From the NCBI GenBank assembly GCA_963662625.1, contig OY759726.1:672001-736000 (forward strand): DNA of 64,000 bases, written 5' to 3'. The stretch comes from Nitrosopumilus sp. (lineage in GTDB: Archaea; Thermoproteota; Nitrososphaeria; Nitrososphaerales; Nitrosopumilaceae). Made by a program: the position numbers and the translations under genes. The notes under the pieces were generated by a model that saw only the letters and a list, made by a program, of their open reading frames with translations, was not told the origin of the DNA and did no database searches. This document shows, in pieces, positions 41,058 to 50,640 of the stretch (within the stretch, counting starts at the first letter, position 1; each line of letters opens with the position of its first letter).

Positions 41058-42491
41058 TCAGGCTTTGCGCGCTTGGTTTTTTCTTAGGTTTTGGTTTGGG
41101 CTTGGCGCTGTTTTTTTGGGGTTCTTTTGGGCGGTGGCAGGGTGCCCGGAGACATCTAATTCAATGCCCGGAATTAGGTTCGCGTCTTTGAATATGTGCA
41201 GGATGGTTCTTGCGCCAGACGCATGTGGGGAACTCATGCCGGTGATCCCGCGACCCGGGGCCAGCCGGGCCGACGTTCTAATCGACGAGTAGAGGCCTTC
41301 CAAAGTCATGTTTTTGTTTATCTGTAGTTGGTCTGCCAATATCTTCAGGTGAGAGTTTTGGATTAGTTGGGCCGATGTCGACTCTAATAATTTTCGATCT
41401 CCTGAAAAGTGGGCTTTTGTGTAATCGCTGCCATGAGTAGTCAGCTTATACGTGTGGGGATCCAGCTCTTCGATAATGTGAACTGATTTTAAAAACGAAA
41501 TGCTGTATAACAGGGTTCGTTGGCTCAATGAAGTCAGTGATGCGAGCTTTGCTAAGGAAATTGATTTGGCATCTGCGCGCTGCTGGTATAGTGCCTTGTT
41601 AATCGAAATGAACTTGTCATAACCAATGTTGGCTGGAATTTTCCAGCGCTCTTCGTTCGTGGTGTCATCCATTTCTCTACCCAAATTTTTTGTGACGGTT
41701 TGCCTTATAAAACCACCCACCACGTTTTTTATTTCGGCCGATTCCACCCCGATTGCGGTGGAAGCCTCTTGGTAATCGGCGTCCTCTACTTGTGAGAATG
41801 CCTTTCGGACGTCTTTCTGGGATAAAAGGCTCAACACTCTTGATTTTAATGCCGCTGGTTTTTTTCCTGAATGCCAGATTAATGCATAGATATCGGCAAT
41901 GTCCTTCCATTTTTTATGGTCCTTTGTCCTTTTAGGCAGTGATATGAGTTTGGTTGCCAACAGCACGCCGGCGGTTGGAAGCCTGATTGTCACCCCATAT
42001 TCCTTCACTTCAACAAACTGCCCCTTTTCAAACACGGCCTCCAGCAGCCGCTCGTCTGCAGGCGTGATTCCCAGTACATCATGGATTCTGTCGGGGGTGT
42101 TGTCCACCAACGGGTCGACGTACAGATCAAACAGGTTGTAATATGGTATTTTTTTCGCCTGCTCGGGCGTTAATGCCTTTCGAGTATCCCTATGATAGTG
42201 CTGGACAAACCTAAAACCAATTGAATAGAATCCAATCCCCTCCAACGCTTTGACGGACTGGTTGAATGCAGAGTTTATCAGGGACTCCCTGGATTCTTTT
42301 TTTGAAAAATGGAACCCCAGATCAATGTCTTTTGATCCGTGGTAGTTCCTTCCTTTCTCTTTTCTGTAATTTTCATTTACGGTCAAGTACACGGCCCATC
42401 CCCCAAGCAGGCATGTCGGTTTTGTGACTTTTGAAAGTACGGTAGCCAGGTTGTTTTTTGAGATTTCAGTCTCATGGTTTTCGTAAAGCAT
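41058..42491 (-). CDS. AbiEii-like nucleotidyltransferase with C-terminal winged-helix domain
   Basis: LLGGWAV, GSKDID, LLATKL, KKWKDIADI; -1 frame continues to a stop at 40903. Confidence 0.75.
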   Translation of the reverse strand: MLYENHETEISKNNLATVLSKVTKPTCLLGGWAVYLTVNENYRKEKGRNYHGSKDIDLGFHFSKKESRESLINSAFNQSVKALEGIGFYSIGFRFVQHYHRDTRKALTPEQAKKIPYYNLFDLYVDPLVDNTPDRIHDVLGITPADERLLEAVFEKGQFVEVKEYGVTIRLPTAGVLLATKLISLPKRTKDHKKWKDIADIYALIWHSGKKPAALKSRVLSLLSQKDVRKAFSQVEDADYQEASTAIGVESAEIKNVVGGFIRQTVTKNLGREMDDTTNEERWKIPANIGYDKFISINKALYQQRADAKSISLAKLASLTSLSQRTLLYSISFLKSVHIIEELDPHTYKLTTHGSDYTKAHFSGDRKLLESTSAQLIQNSHLKILADQLQINKNMTLEGLYSSIRTSARLAPGRGITGMSSPHASGARTILHIFKDANLIPGIELDVSGHPATAQKNPKKTAPSPNQNLRKNQARKA

Positions 42492-43077
42492 CTTTCTCCA
42501 TCTTTTCCAATAGCATGTCCCCCGCCTCGACGCACGCGCCGCCTTCACGGTACAAGTCCAGGGTTATTTGGGGCATCGATACGAGCGTCAGGCCGTCCAC
42601 CTGAAACGATTTGTAAAATACGTGGTCATCGCCAGTCAAGATTCTCACGTTTCCCTTTCCGACTAGCCCGTTTTCGACCAGCGACTCGTGCCAGAGGAGT
42701 CTGTCTGATGGCCGTATGTAGATGTCGGTCCGTGACGGGAACAGGTAGTTTTGTACCTTGTTGTCTGCCTGGTACGTCGTTAGGGCATACTCCAGGCCGG
42801 TTTCCCCCAGCAGCTCCAGCGGTCTTTGTACCAGATAGTCCCTGTATTGCGGGATCGGCTGCCACCGCAGCCACCAGTCCATCAGCGACTTGAAATCCCT
42901 CACCTTGGTTTTTTTGGTTGCCCCTTGCTCTTCTAGTTTTTTTAGTAAATTGTGGACCCATGAGTATCCGCTGTCTGCCAGCTTTGCTATTCGGTATTTT
43001 GTCAGCGTGCCGGTGGGTTCGTTGAGCAGTATCCTGGCCACCCGGCCTTTGATGTTGGTTCGCGTTTCCTTTTTCAT
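42472..43077 (-). CDS. AbiEi-like antitoxin/regulator (wHTH N-terminus)
   Basis: YRIAKLADSGYSWVHNLLKKLEEQG; C-terminal VSMPQITLDLY..GG; overlaps the NTase start. Confidence 0.72.
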   Translation of the reverse strand: MKKETRTNIKGRVARILLNEPTGTLTKYRIAKLADSGYSWVHNLLKKLEEQGATKKTKVRDFKSLMDWWLRWQPIPQYRDYLVQRPLELLGETGLEYALTTYQADNKVQNYLFPSRTDIYIRPSDRLLWHESLVENGLVGKGNVRILTGDDHVFYKSFQVDGLTLVSMPQITLDLYREGGACVEAGDMLLEKMEKDALRKP

Positions 43078-43401
43078 TCCAGCACTTTATTTCGATCCCG
43101 GTTCCAGTATTATATGTTGTTTTAATTTAAATAATGTCTCTAACAACAATATATCGTTTTACATTAAATATACTTCATAAAAGCGATAAAACGTGCCTGA
43201 ATCAGGCGGCACGGATCGAAAGATGCGTGTATTTTGCCTTTAAATATGGTATTATGGCGGGCAAAGGTTCCCGATGGCCGTGGGCCCCCACAGGATTAGC
43301 GCCTGAAAGGATGCTGATCACCTGCTTCGCGCCTGCCATATCCGGGGGCCCGGCGGCGTGCACTCTGCACCTCATGGGGGGTTGTTTGCGGACGTCGCGG
43401 C

Positions 43402-43511
43402 CAAGGTTGCTGCGGCGCGACAGAACCGGCGTTTCCACGCCCAGGTCGCCGAAAGGGGCCGTGCGGCCGGCGGACAAGGTTGCTGCAGCGCGACAGAACC
43501 GGCGTTTCCAC
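43402..43511. repeat. Two 37-bp direct repeats (1 mismatch) separated by 36 bp
   Basis: CAAGGTTGCTGC(G/A)GCGCGACAGAACCGGCGTTTCCAC at 43402-43438 and 43475-43511. Confidence 0.85.
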
Positions 43512-43646
43512 TGTACGGTTTTTATAATACGTGTCTCCAAAACATCTTACAAGCTTGTCGTTTTCTCCGGTCGGCTCTGCCGGTTAGAGGGGACGTAGTC
43601 TTGGGCCAAGGTTTAAGCTAGGACCACCCAAGGCATTTTTAAAGAT

Positions 43647-43730
43647 GCAGGGATCTCCTAGCTTGGTATGGAGCTTACCTTAAGAGTAAGAGTCCTAGCG
43701 GATTCGTGGGTTCGAATCCCACTCCCTGCG
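43647..43730 (+). tRNA. tRNA-Leu(TAA)
   Basis: Acceptor GCAGGGA/TCCCTGC, anticodon arm CTTAC-CTTAAGA-GTAAG, long variable arm, GTGGG-TTCGAAT-CCCAC; TTTAAG box upstream. Confidence 0.93.
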
Positions 43731-43887
43731 TCAAAGCCCACGCCCCAGACCCGTGCAGTCGCCATAAGGGGGGGGCCACGGCCATGTGCGGGCTTTGTGT
43801 CCGTTTAGGCGGGTTGGGAACCCGATCCGCCTCGTGATCGTGCTACGCTGCCCGGCAGGGGCATAACGTGGAAGAGGGACCAGTGCG

Positions 43888-44042
43888 TTCTGGAGACGGC
43901 GCCTTGGAATGGGCGGGGGTCGTTCACCATGCCGCTGCCCTGGCGGGTCTTGTTTCGAGACAACTCAAGCCTTGCAGGGGCCATCCCCCGTTGATCCGTT
44001 TGGAATTGCGGTGGCTGACTGTGTGTGCATTTCGCGTAACTG
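43888..44042 (-). mobile_element. Left-end remnant of the ISH3 element
   Basis: Reverse complement aligns to 4515-4670 (CAGTTACGCGAAATG..., LSRNKTRQG..MVNDPR). Confidence 0.85.
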
Positions 44043-44102
44043 GTTCCCAAAAAACACATTAAGTGTAGGCTTTTCTTTCCTAGAAGGATTAAGCATCAAA
44101 AC

Positions 44103-44333
44103 ATGGCTGGAGTCAAGCTGGTTATTGTAGGTTTAACAGTTGTAGGAATCGGAGCTTCCTTATGGTGTGGTGTTGTCTACCAGGCAGGCACCGATGCCAC
44201 GTTGGCTGACTTTATGGACGGCTTTCCTGTAGCAGTAAAAGGCATCATGGTTCTGGCGGCGGTGGCCGGGGTAGGGTTTGGCATTTTTGCGTGGGGCATT
44301 CGTGCTAAAATCGGATCTAGCGGGAACCTTTGA
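44103..44333 (+). CDS. Small 2-TM protein
   Basis: 76 aa with two hydrophobic helices. Confidence 0.5.
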   Translation: MAGVKLVIVGLTVVGIGASLWCGVVYQAGTDATLADFMDGFPVAVKGIMVLAAVAGVGFGIFAWGIRAKIGSSGNL

Positions 44334-44487
44334 GGCAGGCAGACTGCCGCCGACCACCCTTCAACTCCAAGCTGTGCGGCCTTCACAGGTTAGGCGTATG
44401 CGTTCTGGCACCCCATGCCGCGCCACGGCAAAAGGGTCCACGGCCGCTTCAGGAAAGCAGACACGCCCATGGAAGGCGGGGGCAAAA

Positions 44488-45774
44488 TCAGGAAGGCCCG
44501 GGGCGGGAAGGGATCCGCGATACTGCCCGCGTCAGGCCGTCGCAAATGACCTTCCAATTGCCGTGATCGGGGCCGTACGAGCTAATGCTCTCCAGCGCGG
44601 CCTCCATGACACTCTCTTCGAGGCGTTTTTTCATGGTTGCCTCGGGCACCCTGTACCTTTCGACGTTGTCCAGGCCGCCCCCGCCAAACGCACGGACGTC
44701 GTGCCCGCGCCGCAGCTCTTCAACAGCCTCGTCCACGTCTGCGGCGGTAAGCGAGTATGTGGAACGGCCTACAAGCGGAATGCCGTCTCCGACCGTGATG
44801 ATCTTGAGCTTCTCACGCGTGCCAAGGCCGCCGAACCACCTCTTCTCGCATTCTTCTGACAGGCCATTAAAAATGACGTGGGTCGCGATATCGTTGTTTA
44901 CGATGTGGTAGACGAGCCACTCCTTTTCCGGCCTTAGCGTCTCGGATTCGAGGAATCTGGACACGAAGCGGGTTGCGTGGCGCCAAAACCGGTTTTCCCT
45001 CCCAAGGTAAGCCGCGTCGACGAAAACCATCGGGTCAAAAACGCGGGGGCGCTCCGGGGGGCGGGAATAAGGCGTCATGATCGGCTTGACGCGGCGATCC
45101 TGTTTTTTTCCGATCCTGGCCCTTTCCAGCCTCTTGGGATAGGCGTCAACTGTTCCGTCTTCCTTGCGCAGTTCCAGCCGAATCCTGCTGAACCCGAACG
45201 AAACTGCGTCCCGGCAGTACTCCTCCTCGATTCTCCTGTGCTGCCTTTCGGTATACTCGGACAGTTCCCCCAGTTTCTTGACCGTTGGCCGGTTGCGATC
45301 AAGCAGATCCAGGATGACCATTTCGCCCAAGGCGTTGATCCGTTCCTGAATCCTCTTGGCGTTCGATATTTTTTCATTTATCCGCCTCCTGTTCTCCCAG
45401 TACCTGCGGGCATGCAGGTATGGAATGTTCCAGTCCACGTGGTGCCGCGGGCGGCAGCCCCCGCCATGCTTGCCGGCAGGGGCCATCTTTAAGAGCATCC
45501 TGTCGAATGCCGCGCGCCATGAATGATATTGCCTGTCAACCTCGCGCCCGTCGGCCATCCTGCGGGAGATCTCCTGATCCCCGTAGGTGGAGGGATCAAA
45601 TTCCAGCGAATCGTCCCAGGAGTCGTGTACCTTTTTCTGCACGGGGATCCAAGACGCCGGTTTCCTTTTAAAGAAAGCGGGCAGGAGAGGGGCGACCCCT
45701 CTTTCAGAGGTGTGGGCGGGAGGAGCCAAAGGCTGAGGCGGCGCCCGCCGCAGAAAGGATCCGGCAAGCGGCAT
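44488..45774 (-). CDS. Hypothetical protein (true start probably further downstream)
   Basis: Long ORF with a coiled-coil middle and globular C-half; no family recognised. Confidence 0.55.
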   Translation of the reverse strand: MPLAGSFLRRAPPQPLAPPAHTSERGVAPLLPAFFKRKPASWIPVQKKVHDSWDDSLEFDPSTYGDQEISRRMADGREVDRQYHSWRAAFDRMLLKMAPAGKHGGGCRPRHHVDWNIPYLHARRYWENRRRINEKISNAKRIQERINALGEMVILDLLDRNRPTVKKLGELSEYTERQHRRIEEEYCRDAVSFGFSRIRLELRKEDGTVDAYPKRLERARIGKKQDRRVKPIMTPYSRPPERPRVFDPMVFVDAAYLGRENRFWRHATRFVSRFLESETLRPEKEWLVYHIVNNDIATHVIFNGLSEECEKRWFGGLGTREKLKIITVGDGIPLVGRSTYSLTAADVDEAVEELRRGHDVRAFGGGGLDNVERYRVPEATMKKRLEESVMEAALESISSYGPDHGNWKVICDGLTRAVSRIPSRPGPS

Positions 45775-45795
45775 GGCAGTGGCGTCGGCGCCGTT

Positions 45796-45830
45796 TTAAA
45801 AAAAAGCCCAGCCCATCACTGGGCTGGGCG
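45796..45830 (-). terminator. GC hairpin followed by T-tract
   Basis: Minus strand GCCCAGCCCA-GTGA-TGGGCTGGGC-TTTTTTTT. Confidence 0.55.
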
Positions 45831-45912
45831 CATGGGCTGTTCTTCCAGCATGCCCCCGCCGAGGGGCAAGGCCGGACAATCCCCGCGTGCCGGAATTTTG
45901 GGCGTTTTGTAA

Positions 45913-45999
45913 CTAGTGCGGGTTCTTCCCGGACGGGTTTCCTGTCTTGCTGGCGCCGCCGGATTTGCCTTTCCCGCCGCCGCGTCCTGCCTTGGCCAT
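45913..45999 (-). CDS. 28-aa Gly/Lys-rich microprotein
   Basis: MAKAGRGGGKGKSGGASKTGNPSGKNPH; GGAGGTGA Shine-Dalgarno 4 nt upstream of the ATG. Confidence 0.6.
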   Translation of the reverse strand: MAKAGRGGGKGKSGGASKTGNPSGKNPH

Positions 46000-47426
46000 T
46001 ATTTCACCTCCCTTAGTTTCATATGTATTGTTACCCAAAATGCCTTTTAAGGAAAGCGGACAGTTGTGCGTGCTCCCTAGAGTGACGCTCACAAATAATT
46101 TCGCCTCCTGAATGGCCATACGGCAGCACGTCGCATGATCCGGCACGATCCACGGATTATGGCCCGGCCGTGCCGCTTGGAGTCCCTGCGCCCCAGCCTC
46201 CCCCGCCCACCGGTCGTGCTGGGCCGCCGTGGGCCTTACCCCCTGCACGATGTTCTCCCACCTGCGCGAGCGCGCGTGGTCCCCGGACGTCCCCTTGAAC
46301 GCCGACATGGTTATCCCGGTCGGCCGCCTCCTGCCGTACCCCTTCCTGGCCTCCCGGTACCGGGCATTCTCCTCCCTCTCCCTCGTGCCCGTCCTGCCGG
46401 CGCGCGCCTCCGGGCCGCCCCCCGGCCGGCCCCGCGCCGCCCCGCCCCACGCGCCGCCAGCGCCCCTGCCCCAGGCGGCGGGCGCCACCCTGGCCGGGAT
46501 GATCGGCCCCACGCCCATGCCGCGGCACCTCCGCACGTTGTCCCGCGACGCGTACGCCCCGTCCGCGATCAGGCGCGCCCCGCGGGGGCCGGGCGGCTGG
46601 CCGCACTGCAGCGCGAGCGGCGCCACGCCGCTCGCGGGGAGGTTGGGCGGGGGCGAGCCCGCGCGCGGCAGGGGATCCCCCGCCGCGGCGGCCTTCCCGC
46701 GGATCAGCGCCATGCGCCTGTCCTGCTTCCCGCCCTGCTTCCCCTCCTGCTTCCCGCCCTGCTTCCCGCCCTGCTTCCCCTCTTGCCGCTTCCCGTCACG
46801 CGGCCCCGCCACGGTTCCCAGGAGCTCCTTCAGCATGGGGGAGTCGCCCGTCCTGTCGTCGGTCACCACCGCCGCGGGCATCTTCTTCGTGTCGGCGTCG
46901 GCCAGCAGGTGCAGCCTGGCGAACCCGCGCCTCGCCTCCCGCTTCTTCCGTATCCACTCGCCCCGGTTGCACTGCTTCAGGCCGGTCGAGTCCGCCAGCA
47001 GGGTCATGGGCTGGCCGCCGCCGGAGACGCGGACGACTCCCCCGCCGATGCCCGCGCCGGGGCGCGCCATCCTCCTGGCCAGCACCGAGTAGTGCGGCGC
47101 GCCGCGCCCCCCCAGCATCCCCGCGAGGAGCCCGGACAGCTGCCTGTACTGGACCCCGAGCGAGGTCCTCACCGCGGCGGCGGCCATGACCAGCGCCCAG
47201 GCGTACCTGAACGGGGCGCCCTCCTTGCCGGCGTTGGCCTCCCTCAGGTCGTCCCCCGGCCGGGGCCATGCGACACCGCCAGGCCCCGCCCGCGCCTGGC
47301 GCATTTCTCGTTGTCGGTCGCAGCCAACGGGGACGGTGCGCGGCCGTGATCCAAGGCCTTTTCGGTTTGGCGTGGTTGGGCCCGGGGTTCAACTGTTCAG
47401 GCCCGGCAATTTCTGGCAGTTGTGCA

Positions 47427-48829
47427 CCTATGTTAACCACTCAGGCGTAGTTGCCGCAATGCATCCCGCGGTTTTTCCGATCCGTGACTGGGTTGCATGG
47501 CATGAGATTTATAGCTAGCGCTGGCAAGACGATCCGGGATGCGGGCAGCGCGGGGGGCCGCCCCCGGCGCGCCTTCCCCGTCCCGGCCAGCTTGCGCCGG
47601 CACGGCCCCTCGTTGCGGGACTCGTAGGGTGTCTTGGTGGTCAGCATGTGCCACATTATGGTGACCATCTTGTGGGCCACCACCATGATTGCCGGCCCAT
47701 GCTTGTCCGCGTGCCTCCGGCGCGCGGACGCATACACGGCTTCCATCCTGGCGTCGTGCCGCACGGCGGTGTTCGCGGCCTCGCGCATGGCCCAGTTGAC
47801 CAGGCTGCCGGGGTCGATCTTCTTGATCCTCCCCGCGTACGGCCGGTTCCCCGACTGGCAGGCCGCCGGGCACAGCCCGGCCCACGACACCATCTGCCTT
47901 GGCCCCCTGAACCTGGAGACGTCCCCGATCCCGGGGGCCATCAGCACCGCGGTGAACGTGCCGACGCCGGTCATGCTGGCCAGCAGCCTCGCGTCACCGT
48001 TGTGGGCGGCCCCCGTCCCGGGGAGCCCCTCCGTCACGGAGATCTCCTCCGTCAGGTGCCTCACCTGCCGGGCGCACTGGCCCAGGACCAACCCGTCGTG
48101 CCCAGAGCCCGGCCCCGCGGATTCCAGCTGCCCCAGGGCCTTTTCGGAGTGCATGGTGGAGGCGTCCATTTGGATGTCGTGGCGGTCCAGGAGGCTGCGG
48201 GCGCGGCTTGTCACGCGCGTCCTGTCCCGGGCCAGCCTCACCCTCTGCCTGACCATCGCGCGTATCCCCCTGGTGTGGCCCGGGGGGACGTAGCACTCCG
48301 GTATCATGTCCATCCCCGGCACCTGCGCTATCTTCTCTGCGTCAATCCTGTCGGTCTTCTTGGCGGTCCTGGCTATCAGGGCCATCTTGTACGTGTTGGC
48401 CAGTTTGATGCCGGTCCCGGCCGCCTCGAAGGCGTCAAACGTCTTGTTCCACATGTTGCCAGTCGTCTCGCAGGCGGCCCTGCAGGGGCCGCCGCCCAGG
48501 TACCTGCGCGCCATCACCCCTGCGAACTTCGCCGCGCCGTCCCGGGTGTTGGGGTACTGCCCCCTCTCGAGAACCTTCCCGTTCCCGTCCACCACGCACG
48601 CGCCGCGCTTTCTCTTCCCCATGCCTGTCCCTATGCTTGTCTTTCTCATCCTTTCCTATCACCTCCTTTCGGATGTCTGACGGATCGGAAGCTGCACACA
48701 CCTATCAGGGCGCGAAGCCCAGTGACACGGCAGCTCGGATTGCCCCATTCAACAGAAAGGGCGCCAGGCCCACGCGCTACCAGGGGTCGATCCATCGGGG
48801 CAACTACGCCTGGGTGGTTATCATGTGTT
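47427..48829 (-). mobile_element. IS110-family element copy 1 (1403 bp)
   Basis: Flanked by core TG on both sides; 22-bp sub-terminal IRs; ORF 47441-48649. Confidence 0.92.
47441..48649 (-). CDS. IS110 DEDD recombinase (first Asp mutated)
   Basis: SIGTGMGK, ACETTG, KTDRIDA, MTGVG, WAGLCP...QSG, VAHKM. Confidence 0.88.
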   Translation of the reverse strand: MRKTSIGTGMGKRKRGACVVDGNGKVLERGQYPNTRDGAAKFAGVMARRYLGGGPCRAACETTGNMWNKTFDAFEAAGTGIKLANTYKMALIARTAKKTDRIDAEKIAQVPGMDMIPECYVPPGHTRGIRAMVRQRVRLARDRTRVTSRARSLLDRHDIQMDASTMHSEKALGQLESAGPGSGHDGLVLGQCARQVRHLTEEISVTEGLPGTGAAHNGDARLLASMTGVGTFTAVLMAPGIGDVSRFRGPRQMVSWAGLCPAACQSGNRPYAGRIKKIDPGSLVNWAMREAANTAVRHDARMEAVYASARRRHADKHGPAIMVVAHKMVTIMWHMLTTKTPYESRNEGPCRRKLAGTGKARRGRPPALPASRIVLPALAINLMPCNPVTDRKNRGMHCGNYA

Positions 48830-48886
48830 CAACAGACTACAGGCAAGGGTAATTATTAAAGCGCCGCCCGGTTTGCTTTATGGCTT

Positions 48887-49946
48887 TGTAGTAAATGCGG
48901 ATGTGGTCAATTGTACGGAAAGTCGGTCCGCGCCGGATCGAGAGGACTGTATCCGACTATTTTAGGCTGTACCGATCACGGAAGGCCATGACAGGAAGAC
49001 TTGCTGGGGGGTCCCGGAAGTACCTGGTCAGGCAGCGAGAGAAGGGCGTGCCGTCATCCCGGGTGGCGGCGGACCTGGGAATCACCGCCAGGCACGCACG
49101 GAGGATGCGGGCGAGGTTCCTGTAGACCGGAACGACGGTGGCTAGGATGGGCAGGCCGCGCGCCTGCATGAGTGCCGCCCAGATACGGCTGGCTACAGAC
49201 GCGCACCCGAGGCACCGGTGGGGGTGGTGCGCACCGCGAGGCGCCTCAGGAGGGGCCATGATATAAGCTACTGCTCCGCATGCCGGATACTGGAGAAGGC
49301 CGGGGCGGTGGCCGCGTCTGCCGCAAAACCGGGGAGGCGCGAGCGGGTGCGCTACGAGCGCAAATGCCCGGACGCCATGTGGCACGTCGACTGGCACGAG
49401 ATGAAGGACCCCCGGTTCAGGGGCCTCCAGCTGGTCGCGTACCTGGACGACGCCTCGCGGTGCGCGGTGGCCGCGCGCGTGTTCACGCAGGCCACGCCGG
49501 GGAACGCCGTGCTGGCGCTCAGGGACGCGATCGGGCGGTTCGGCACGCCGGCCACCGTGCTCCCCGGCAACGGCTCGTGCTTCGTGGGCCGGAACGGCCG
49601 CAGGAAGGCCCCTCCCCGGCCGTGGAAGCCCACCGCGTTCGAGGCGGAGCTGCCGGGCCTCGGGATCGAGCTCATAAACTCCAGGCCGCACCACCCCCAG
49701 ACCAACGGGAAGATCGAGAGGTTCTTCCGGAGCGTGGAGGACGGGACATGGCACTACGAGAGCATGTCCGAGTACATGGCGTACTACAACGAGGACAGGC
49801 CGCGCTTCTCCCTGGACATCGACAACTACCAGACCCCGCTGAAGGCCTTCCATGACAAGGAGGCCGTGGCAGCGATCAGGGAGAGCAACCCGGGATGGAT
49901 GGAGGCGGAGGCGGATGACTAGCGGACCGACTTTTCATATACTACA
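48887..49946 (+). mobile_element. IS481-family element, transposase disrupted
   Basis: Ends TGTAGTA...TACTACA; WHVDWH, YLDDASR, PQTNGKIERF, YNEDRP; in-frame stop at 49123-49125 and a frameshift. Confidence 0.88.
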
Positions 49947-49995
49947 AAGACTGCGAATGTAAAACAAGTGATATATATTTGAAGGACACAATACA

Positions 49996-50640
49996 ATGGA
50001 ATTGGGCTTTATAGATATTTTCAAGAAAAGCAGGAGACAGATAAACAGGGAGAACCAAGAACAGGGTAGGAGGGGAGAGAGGCAAATCAGGGAAAAATAC
50101 GAGTTCTCTGGCCATGAGGTTGAAAGGACCGGCAGGGGCCACGACTTTAAGGTGTCTAAGACCAACTGGCTTACAGGTAAAAAAGAAATCAAATACGTAG
50201 AAGTCAAGACCGGCAATTCAAGGCAGTCGCCACTGCAGAAAAAAAAGATGAGGCGATTGGGCGAGAGGTATGTGGTGGAAAGGGTGGGCACTGGGCTGTT
50301 TGGGCTTGGATCTACCACCACATACGGCACTCCCAAGAACCCACCTGCTGGAACCTGGGGCCCGGGCTCCCTGCTGGGCGGATCCGCCCCGAGGAAGAAG
50401 AGGTCGGCCAAAAAGCCTTCCAGCAGCATCTGGGGCCCGGGCTCCCTGCTGGGCGGATCCGCCCCGAGGAAGAAGAGGTCGGCCAAAAAGCCTTCCAGCA
50501 GCATCTGGGAATCGCCAAAAAGGAAGAGCAATCCCGGAAGGAAGAGCCCAACAAAATCATCTGCCAGCATCTGGGGCTCGGGTGTCTCTACCAGAAGAAA
50601 GAGCAGGGCCAAAGGATCTGGTTTCGGGATGTGGTCCTAG
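49996..50640 (+). CDS. PD-(D/E)XK nuclease-like protein with basic repetitive tail
   Basis: GRRGE...GHDF...YVEVKTG; 75-bp tandem duplication at 50355-50504. Confidence 0.72.
   Translation: MELGFIDIFKKSRRQINRENQEQGRRGERQIREKYEFSGHEVERTGRGHDFKVSKTNWLTGKKEIKYVEVKTGNSRQSPLQKKKMRRLGERYVVERVGTGLFGLGSTTTYGTPKNPPAGTWGPGSLLGGSAPRKKRSAKKPSSSIWGPGSLLGGSAPRKKRSAKKPSSSIWESPKRKSNPGRKSPTKSSASIWGSGVSTRRKSRAKGSGFGMWS

Larger units (their letters stand above)
46122..48840 (-). mobile_element. IS5-family element copy A (degenerate), left TIR interrupted by IS110
   Basis: LLADSTGLK...GEW, IADGAY; third acidic residue lost; TIR halves AGTTGTG(CA) at 47418-47426 and (CA)ACAGACTAC at 48830-48840. Confidence 0.85.

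Noticed and set aside
43647-43730. tRNA-Leu as attB of an integrated element
   Set aside because: No duplicated tRNA fragment and no integrase seen in the window.
45913-47304. 463-aa ORF as one protein
   Set aside because: Decayed IS5 transposase reading through into the separate 28-aa ORF.
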